Of a stretch of DNA of 43,224 nt, positions 37,118-43,224 are shown in pieces. The notes beneath the pieces were generated by a model, which was not told where the DNA came from, made no database searches, and saw only the letters and a list, made by a program, of their open reading frames with translations. The stretch lies in NCBI RefSeq assembly GCF_001194135.2, contig NC_068984.1, forward strand, positions 99,350,994 through 99,394,217. The letters run 5' to 3'. How positions within the stretch are numbered: position 1 is the stretch's first letter; every line of letters begins with the position of its first letter. Made by a program: the position numbers and the translations under genes. This DNA comes from Octopus bimaculoides (taxonomy: Eukaryota).

Positions 37118-37213
37118 CTCCATCTAGTTATGTTATTGTGGATTTTCCTTGTCAACAAATCACCTGCTGACTCTGCTTTTGAAGACGTGGAATACATGAT
37201 ACTTGAAAAACAA
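37118..37213 (+). other. Candidate 96-nt phase 0-0 exon
   Basis: Pyrimidine tract and TAAG| at 37117 (alternative AG at 37127); donor CAA|GTAAGG. Encodes LHLVMLLWIFLVNKSPADSAFEDVEYMILEKQ, the only frame open to the donor. Confidence 0.3.
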
Positions 37214-38439
37214 GTAAGGCTTAGTAACAGAAGGGTGTCTGACTGTAAAACAATGCTTCAGTAATATACATTCATTTAAGTCATGTTAGCATGAAGATTG
37301 AATGTAAAAACAAGGAATATGTGCATGATGTGTGTGTGTGTGTGTGTGTGCGCATGTATTTTACTGTCTTTCTTTGATGTAACTTCTAATAAGTGCTCGC
37401 TTTCCAATCTTTCCTTGCATGTATAAACCTTTGACATTTGCCTTGGATTGACTGCTTCATGCGTAATTAGGATTTTTCTCATTTTTCTGACAAATACCTT
37501 TAGGTGATATTTTGTCCCATTCACTATTCCAGCAGTACAATGCAGAAGATAATTGCCCATGAGTTGATCAGATTGTCATCAGGATCATTAAAGCAGTGGA
37601 TTTGTAGAAGCCTTGGAACATTGGAAAGATTATTTTATGGTGTTCCTTCCAAGTCTTTATGATCTGAATATAAATCTTGTCAAGGTCAATTTTACTTATG
37701 CTTCTGGGAACAACAAAATAAAATATCAGACAACTATTATAGGTGATGGTATTTACTAACCAGCTTCCTTAAAAACTGCTAGTCTTGTGCCTAAATCAGA
37801 AACTGTTGTTGTTGTAACTAAGGTGTTGGATTCACAAAATGTATAGGGTCTTAGGTAAAATGCCATGTGGTATTTAGTTTCATTTAGTATGTTCTGAGTT
37901 CAAATCATGCAGGATCAAATTTACCTTTTATCCGTTCAAAATCAATATGATTAATTCTAATTAAATAATGGGGTGGGGTTGTCAATATAACTGACAATAC
38001 CCCACTTCTCCACCCAGAAAAATTGTTATGAATCAATATAATTTTCTTAATACCATTATTTATGTTTACATCAATGTGATGACAAATTACTAATGTTTAT
38101 CATGTTGTGATGACAGCTTATCAATATTCATGTCAATATGATGACATATCTATGTTTATCATGTTAGTGTAATGGATAAGATTATCTAATTTTATGTCCT
38201 AAAGTTCTGAACTTCAGGTTAACAACAACAAGTATAATTGTAAAGAAATCTCCTTCCCTATCACTTTCTCTCTCTCCCTCTCTTTGTTTTCAGATAGAAT
38301 TGTTCTTTTCCTGAAACATAAACACATACGAGCAATTATTGAACCTTAACTTCCTTCCATGCCATTCTTAAACAATTGAGAAACAATTCTATCACTGGAT
38401 AGGAAGTTAGACTTTTACTGTTAATCTCCCACTTGCACA

Positions 38440-38845
38440 GTGTGACTGCGGGGAGAGAAGCTTGTTTCCCAACCACATGGTTCCAGGTTCAGTCTCACTG
38501 TATGACACCTTGGGCAAATGTCTTCCACTGTAGCCTTGGGCCAACCAAAGCCTTGTAAGTGGATTTGCTACATGAAATCAGAAAGAAGCCAGTTGTGTGT
38601 ATATAAATATATATGTATCTATTTATGTGTGTATATCTGTGTTTATCCCCCTGCCATCACTTGAAAACCGATGCTGGTGTGTTTATGTTCCTGTTACTTA
38701 GAGGTTCGGCAAAAGTGACTGACAGAATAAGTACTAGGCTTACAAAGAATAAGGCCTGGGGTCGATTTCTTCAACTAAAACCCTTTAAGGTGGTGCTCCA
38801 GCAATGGCTGCAGTCAAATGACTGAAACAAGTAAAAGAGCAAAAG
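38440..38845 (+). mobile_element. SINE family B, near full length
   Basis: tRNA-like head AGAAGCTTGTTTCCCAACCACATGGTTCCAGGTTCAGTC, CORE-like GACACCTTGGGCAAATGTCTT, and 3' CAGTCAAATGACTGAAACAAGTAAAAGAG. Confidence 0.85.
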
Positions 38846-38930
38846 CTAACTGAAGTAATTTAACAAAAATAAATATAAATTAGTCTCTCACCAAATCCTG
38901 CAGCAAGAGGCAGTAGTGGAACATACAGGC

Positions 38931-39235
38931 TTAACCAGCTGGAAGTACATAATTGCAGATCTGTACATAGGCAGCTTGGGGCATTGGTTGCTTCATTTCC
39001 AAACTGTTGCATTAGAAAAAATTGGCAGCTTCTCAAATGACTAAGCAACCCTTTCTAGGGATAACACTGCTCACCTGTTAATCAGAAAGGACATAGAAAT
39101 AGTAGTCTAAACAAAGCTTGCCTAATTCTGGAACTGGCCAGCTACATTGTGACTTGTAGCTTCCATCTTTTTTTGCCGAATTCCATGGTAATATTCAAGG
39201 AATTTCTGATTTTCCAAGAAACGGTAGTACTGAGA
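38931..39235 (+). repeat. ~300-bp dispersed repeat, diverged copy 1 (copy 2 at about 41555-41850)
   Basis: Shared ordered blocks: CATAGGCAGCTTGG, CCCTTTCTAGGGATA, TGTTAATCAGAAAGGACATA, AATTCTGGAACTGGCC, CAAGGAATTTCTGA. Confidence 0.8.
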
Positions 39236-39559
39236 CAAAAGTTATCTTCTACCATATATGTGTCTGTTTAAATATATATGTGTGTATATGTGTATTTGCT
39301 ACAGTCACTCATCCTGCTTGCTCACCCAGCCCAAGCCTCTATATCACCACACCTATTCTTACAACCACCAATGTCTCTTGAGAGTATCTCTGAACACATC
39401 TTTGCCATCATCTCTCTCACTGTTGCTCTCTTGATGTTACTCTCCAACTTGCTCTCTTTTGTTTTCTAGCTTGGGCATCCATGTCTCTACTCTACTGCAA
39501 GATACCTATATCTGTCCCCACTAATACTTTAGGACTCTCAACTAACACAAAGCCACATC

Positions 39560-39820
39560 CTCTCAGTACTACTCACCTCCCTCATTTGAGGGCTCTTTGT
39601 CTTGCAAGGTATTTGGTGATCCTGTCTGTACTGGTACAACATAAAAAGCACCCAAGGCACTCTGTAAAGTGATTGGTGTTATGAAGGGCAACCAGCCGTA
39701 GAAACCAGGCCAAAATAGACTATGGAACTTGGTGCAGCTCCCGGCCTTGCCTGCTTATGTCAAACCATCCAATCCATGCCAGCATGAAAAACTGGTGCTA
39801 AATGATGATGATGATGATGA
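39560..39820 (+). mobile_element. SINE/LINE-tail family E with (GAT)n tail
   Basis: GCACTCTGTAAAGTGATTGGTGTTATGAAGGGCAACCAGCCGTAGAAACC...CCATGCCAGCATG...(GAT)n. Relatives at 14680-14845 (+) and 18218-18335 (-). Confidence 0.7.
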
Positions 39821-40859
39821 TATATAAACTTGCTTGTCAACCACATGTTTCCAGATTCAGTCCCACTATGTGACACCTTGGGCAAGTGTTACCATAACCC
39901 CAGATATATCTGTAGTAAATCCATTGATATTTCGTAGGATTTTATTTATAGAATTGGTAGACCTTTGGAAACAAAGTACCTCATTCCATTTAATTATGTC
40001 CCTCTATATTCTAAATTTCAAACCTTCAACGGTGGGAATTTTGCCCTTAATCTCCTTTGAATTATGTTAAGCACCAGCCATGCACTGGGTGCAGTCAAGA
40101 ATTCCTTGTTTCAAGTTTTATTCCTGTATTAAAAGGCATATATTTCTTTAGGCATTGAGTGTATCTTATGCGAAAATGTTGAACAGTTATTAAATTAAAA
40201 AGGAGAGAAAACAAAACAAATTTAAATAGAAAAACAAAAAACAATAAACAATGGTTAATGAATAGAATTAATGATTTTTCTTGGAAATGAAATTTCTCTA
40301 GAATTAATAAACAGTTGGTAGAGTTTGTGTTCATGTGTGTATCTCAAACTGTTTGAAGGAGACCTGCATACACACACATATGAGAATGTATTTATTAGCG
40401 GAACAATTAACCACAAACTAGAAAATTGAACTCAACACCCGCTTATAACCAAGAAAAGTACGCTGTGTATATTTTATTATTTTGCCTGAAACATGTTATA
40501 TTACTGATGAGCAGATCCTTGTTTTATCATACAATTCATCAGAGTAATGAAAACAGAACTAGATTGGCAAATACATAGATATTAGGTGAAATGTGAAATT
40601 AAAAAAGAATGAGTAAGCTTGAAATGAGAAAATCTAAACATCAGAGGAAAAGGTTGAGCTGATATGAAATGTATGTGTGTGTGTGATGTATGCATATAAC
40701 ACACACACACACACTACTTAAATAAATTGAAGTAGCATGAAACGTGTGTACTGCAATCACCTTTGAAATCCATGTTGCTTATTTTTTGATTTTAATCACC
40801 TATCCTTTTGGGATGCGATATTCGGGTGCCTACACATAAGTATCATATTCAACTTTGAA

Positions 40860-40893
<34 letters not shown>

Positions 40894-42306
40894 ATATATA
40901 TATATATATAAGTGGGTATATGTATGCATATGTATGTATGTATGTGTGTGTGTATGCATATGTGTATGTATGAATATATATATTTATCTAAATAGGTAAG
41001 TCAGTATATGTGTACATATGTGTGTATATGTATGCATGTGTGTGTATGTGTATATGTATATATATATGTATATGTATAAATACATGTGTGTGTGTGTCTG
41101 TGTATTGAGTCACTCACAGGCACTACTGGTTGCATGTAACTCATTACAGGCTGTTGCATGATCAGATCATCATTAAATAAACTTCCCCTCCAAGCTTGCT
41201 TGTTGAGGGTGGTTGCTTGAAACTGACCTACTCAAAATAAATACTTGTCAAAAAATATAGACAAACCTAATGTCAAGTCTGACTGTTTTACAATTCTGTG
41301 GAGATTACAAATTACATGTCATGGTGAAGATACTTGACACAAAGACTATGTGGAAGGAGTGATACATCTCTAGATCTTGTGAGAACATCTGTCCAGGAAA
41401 GAGATCGTTCAGCATCTGGATGACCCTGCCAATATTGTGCTAACAAAAGGAAAACTTCTCTCACTATAAACAATTTTGTGCATGGGAACTGCTTAGAAAC
41501 TCCTATTGGTCTCACAAAGTGCTGCAGCAAGAAGGATAAGTGGAATATACAAGTCTAACCAGTTGGAAATAGGTAATTGCAAATCTTTGCATAGGCAGCT
41601 TGGAATATTGGTTGCTTTTTTTCCAAACTATGGTAGTAGAAAGATTTGGCAGTTGCTCAAATGAATGAGCAGCCCTTTCTAGGGATAGCACTCTCACTGT
41701 TAATCAGAAAGGACATAAAAAGGTGGTCTAAATATAGCTTGACCAATTCTGGAACTGGCCTGCTATTTTATGTTTCGAAGTTTTCATCTCTTTACGGAAT
41801 TTCATGGTATGTATCCAAGGAATTTCTGACTTTCTAAGAAATCGCAGTACCTCACCATATATGTGTTTGTATATGCATATGTTTATGTATGTATGTATGT
41901 ATGTATGTATGTGTGCATGCGTGTGTATGTGTGTGTATATATATATGTATATATATGTACAAAGTTAATTGCAGAATAAAACCATTAGGTCATCGACTCG
42001 AAAGGCTACAACCCATCAATGACCACACACAGGAAGTACAGCATAAACCAAAAAAGCAAAATAGCAAAGGGAAATCAAAGTTTTATACATAAGGATAAAA
42101 TCGATTAAAAATATAAAGAATAACATAAATAAATAAACTGCGATTAAAAGGTGATTAAAAATATTATAGACCTGTACAGATATAATGGAATGAAAATATA
42201 TATATATAGAAAAAAAATAATATAGAGAGAAAAAAAATAATACATAGGGAAACGTAGTGAAATAGTTCATTCATTGAGGTTAATGGCCAATAAAAGAAGT
42301 TTAAGT

Positions 42307-42498
42307 TTAAATTGTACGAAAGTTCATTACTTCCCTCATGACAGCAAATTTAGCAGGTAAAATCCAATTTCGGAATTCATACACAGGAATACCGAAGTGC
42401 ACGGAACGACATAATAACAGAACATCCAATGTGTGACAAAGTAAAATCCAAATTTCACCATCGACGTTATTTAAGTCCAAGAAAATCAAGGCACACAA
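42307..42498 (-). other. Small non-repetitive ORF (63 aa from TTG; 66 aa from ATG 42508 if one base is removed) inside the PLE terminal region
   Basis: (MYRL)CALIFLDLNNVDGEIWILLCHTLDVLLLCRSVHFGIPVYEFRNWILPAKFAVMREVMNFRTI*. Function unknown. Confidence 0.4.
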
Positions 42499-42610
42499 GT
42501 CGATACATTAAACCAACATCCAACAGGTAACATCGGTCAGTAAAGTCAAACCATAATTTAACATCATTTACAATGGATTACAAATATTGGTCGGAATACA
42601 AACACAAAAC

Positions 42611-42690
42611 ACCTATGGCCATTTCTCGGGTATATCACCGTATTTAGAGCAAAATAGAGCACAAACTAGTGATAACCCCCTCTTCAGGGT
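42611..42690 (-). ncRNA. Minimal type I hammerhead ribozyme, partly degenerate
   Basis: Minus strand: ACC-CTGAAGA-GGGGGTTATCAC-loop-GTGATATACCCGA-GAAAT-GGCC-ATA-GGT. Stem I is ACC:GGT, stem III contains palindromic ATGGCCAT, and the cleavage triplet is AUA. The base of stem II is mismatched. Confidence 0.65.
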
Positions 42691-42805
42691 AAAGAACACA
42701 CACAAACATCAACAAAGGCACCAGTAAAAAGAAAAAAATTATAATTATGAGAGCAAGCTTATATAAATAATATGGACTAGGCCAAAAACAAAAAAAAAAT
42801 ACACA

Positions 42806-43170
42806 AATGTAGTGTATAAATGCATAGTTAGAGACGAGGACAAACAAAAATAAATTTTATATTGGAAGCTCAGTTAATTTTAAAGCCAGGTATAGGGCGC
42901 ACATGAGTTCTTTTTCTAATGAGAAATATTATAATTCCACAGCACTCGCCTCTTACCTGCATGACCTCAAGAGGAGGAATAAGAAGTACTATCTTGAATG
43001 GTCAATCTTATCTAGAACCCCCCCAATTTAAGGCTAATATTAGCAACTGTTTACTATGCATTAAAGAATCCCTTTCCATTCTTAGGTCTTTTGGGCCGAA
43101 AACCTTGAATAAGTTTATTGAGGTAATCCCTTTTTGCAATCACAAATTTTCCTTCACCTTCCTAACACTA
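42806..43170 (+). pseudogene. GIY-YIG endonuclease domain of a Penelope-like retroelement (two +1 frameshifts)
   Basis: NVVYKCIVRDEDKQK / KFYIGSSVNFKARYRAHMSSFSNEKYYNSTALASYLHDLKRRNKKYYLEWSILSRTPP / FKANISNCLLCIKESLSILRSFGPKTLNKFIEVIPFCNH. Contains VVY...YIG, R, H, catalytic E, LN and the CxxC/CxH pattern. Not in the ORF track. Confidence 0.85.
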
Positions 43171-43224
43171 TATAAAAATAAAAATAAGAACAAAAATAAT
43201 AGTATTAGTAGTGGTAATAATGGT

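Larger units (their letters stand above)
41960..43170. mobile_element. Penelope-like element relic: antisense terminal-repeat region plus sense GIY-YIG endonuclease
   Basis: Hammerhead on minus at 42611-42690, micro-ORF on minus at 42307-42498, and endonuclease on plus at 42806-43170. The left boundary is approximate. Confidence 0.75.

Noticed and set aside
39469-39604. AG/GT-bounded open frame that looks like an exon
   Set aside because: Its 3' part and donor lie within the family E repeat, so it is repeat-derived.
40485-40550. GAAACATGTT...CTGATGAG hammerhead-like words
   Set aside because: Stems I and II cannot be formed convincingly in any permutation.
41988-42024. GGTCAT...ATGACC hairpin on minus resembling a second hammerhead in the PLE terminal region
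   Set aside because: The core reads TTGATGG/CGAG instead of CTGANGA/GAAA, which is too degenerate to call.

Overview
AT-rich, repeat-dominated eukaryotic DNA with six N-gaps. The SINE families, (TA)n/(CA)n/(ATT)n density and LINE relics look like a cephalopod, probably octopus, genome; this is inferred from recognised repeat motifs, not from a database search. I found no complete or recognisable host gene, rRNA, tRNA gene or CRISPR array, and most ORFs in the track are microsatellite or gap artefacts. Supported content: many tRNA-derived SINEs of about five families; decayed LINEs (two RTE-like, one CR1/L2-like, one R4/Dong-like with REL endonuclease); a near full-length dead mariner plus a second mariner 5' fragment; several MITEs (piggyBac-like with TTAA TSDs, hAT-like, a fold-back element); and a CCHC zinc-knuckle ORF1-like relic at the window start. 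The most interesting signal, absent from the ORF track, is two independent Penelope-like element (PLE) relics at about 27.2-27.7 kb and 42.0-43.2 kb. Each has an antisense terminal-repeat segment with a minimal type I hammerhead ribozyme, joined head-to-head to a sense GIY-YIG endonuclease fragment. The first has a 57-bp perfect-spacing palindrome at the junction. The second carries an unexplained ~63-66 aa micro-ORF downstream of the ribozyme. A few isolated exon-like segments on + (8934-9145, 20226-20298, 37118-37213) suggest the window may be intronic to a large gene, but this is unproven. Nothing here is demonstrably a new system; the PLE hammerhead plus micro-ORF module is the best lead.
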